Source: Candidatus Staskawiczbacteria bacterium
GTDB lineage: Bacteria > Patescibacteriota > Minisyncoccia > Minisyncoccales > Staskawiczbacteraceae
DNA: 46,776 bases
Direction: 5' to 3'
Assembly: GCA_016866675.1 (NCBI GenBank)
Contig: VGLO01000002.1
Location: 1 to 46,776 of the forward strand
How positions within the stretch are numbered: position 1 is the stretch's first letter; every line of letters begins with the position of its first letter. The translations under genes were made by a program, and so were the position numbers. Of the stretch, positions 45,866 through 46,776 are shown piece by piece. The notes under the pieces are model-generated. The model did no database searches. It had not been told where the DNA came from and was given only the letters and a program-made list of their open reading frames with translations.

Positions 45866-46776
45866 ATGCAGATTTTCTCTGCCGTCGGTCCTTTGGGCGC
45901 CGGGAAGACCACGCTCACGATTAACACCATCGAAGCGATGATCCGCGAAGGCATGACCAGCAAAGATCGCTGTGCCTACATCATCAACGACGAAGGGGCC
46001 CAGGTGGACGGGTCGCTCATTGAGCGCTCGGCCCGGGTACTGCCCATGACGAGCGGATGCTTTACTTGTTCGGATGAGGCAGAACTCCGCAAGAAGCTCG
46101 ATGAAATGGCCCAGCAGGAGATGGAATGGGTCTTCCTGGAAGGATTCGGGATGACCTCGGGCAGCGAAACCAAAAAGTTCCTCAAGTCTGTTCCGTACCC
46201 GTTCCGGATCGTCTGCGTGCTGGATTTCAAAAACCACCAGCGCAACCTCGTCAGGTACTCTGACGTGGTAAAGTCACAGGTCCACGCCGCTACCATCGGA
46301 ACCGGCCTCACCAAATATGGCAGGGCTTTGACTCTGATGGATTTGCCGGATACTGAGGTGCTCGACTTCGTCGCTCGTAACAGCCACGGCAAACCGGCAT
46401 TCCTGATCCCCGAGGATGGGTACCTTCCACTGGAGCTGCTTGCGAAAGCAGTTCAGCCTTCGGGAGTTGCCATGTCATCGTCATGCTCGCATCACGATCA
46501 TGGACACGACCACAGCCACCACCATCATGTCCATGCCATGCACGCTTACTCATACGAGTTGCGTGACGGCACGACATTCTCACAGGTAGTGTCGGCGTTT
46601 AGGGGCTGTCCGGCCTACATTTGGAGAATCAAGGGTGCGGTGGAAAGCAAGCTCTTTAACTCTGTCTTTGACGACTGGAAGCAGACTTCTCAGGATAATC
46701 GGTCATTCGTGACTTTCTACTCCCGAAAAGAAATCCAGCTCGGCACTGATCTGCCTGGACTCGCTCAACTCGTCGT
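45866..46776 (+). CDS. CobW/COG0523-family G3E GTPase metallochaperone (3' truncated, not in ORF track)
   Basis: Manual translation GPLGAGKTT, IINDEG, GCFTC, LEGFG, His-rich HHDHGHDHSHHHHVH, WRIKG; AGGAG SD; GC-rich. Confidence 0.88.
   Translation, partial: MQIFSAVGPLGAGKTTLTINTIEAMIREGMTSKDRCAYIINDEGAQVDGSLIERSARVLPMTSGCFTCSDEAELRKKLDEMAQQEMEWVFLEGFGMTSGSETKKFLKSVPYPFRIVCVLDFKNHQRNLVRYSDVVKSQVHAATIGTGLTKYGRALTLMDLPDTEVLDFVARNSHGKPAFLIPEDGYLPLELLAKAVQPSGVAMSSSCSHHDHGHDHSHHHHVHAMHAYSYELRDGTTFSQVVSAFRGCPAYIWRIKGAVESKLFNSVFDDWKQTSQDNRSFVTFYSRKEIQLGTDLPGLAQLV

Noticed and set aside
45791..46583. Three minus-strand ORFs at the window end
   Set aside because: Antisense to the CobW-like + strand ORF, which the track missed because it has no stop in the window.
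1..46776. Alternative genetic code (TGA=Gly) as in Gracilibacteria/Absconditabacteria
   Set aside because: Conserved genes are intact under code 11, TGA ends genes such as frr and ftsE, and RF2 is present.

Overview
AT-rich bacterial chromosome segment using the standard code (TGA stops, TGG Trp). It looks like Patescibacteria/CPR, probably Paceibacteria: rpmD is missing between rpsE and rplO, ribosomal proteins carry Lys-rich extensions, AlaRS and ProRS are short forms, and core genes mostly lack SD motifs. 1-21.2 kb is the S10-spc-alpha-rplM/rpsI ribosomal supercluster, interrupted between map and infA by tpiA, a YkuK-like gene, alaS, a baseplate-J-like membrane protein and two orphans. 21.2-37.5 kb is housekeeping: PEGA protein, murA, two mreB, holB, frr, rseP, proS, gatCA, ftsB-like, prfB with +1 frameshift, ftsEX, tRNA-Gln(CTG). 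After the tRNA lies an accessory region with a tRNA 3'-end duplication, a large serine recombinase and metal/redox/envelope genes, ending in a Fur-family regulator and a divergent CobW-like GTPase that runs off the window. The most unusual signals are non-coding: (i) a promoter-led, roughly 370-nt tandem pair of multi-stem structured RNAs upstream of prfB; (ii) a family of heptamer (TCCTAAA) fold-back elements abutting start codons of core genes; (iii) a 48-bp palindrome inserted in frame into alaS; (iv) a roughly 110-nt rod-shaped leader before the CobW-like gene; (v) a recurring promoter-hairpin-boxA-like-SD architecture in foreign-looking genes, contrasting with leaderless core genes. Family names come from motif recognition, base pairings were worked out by hand and GC levels were judged by eye; no searches or folding programs were run.
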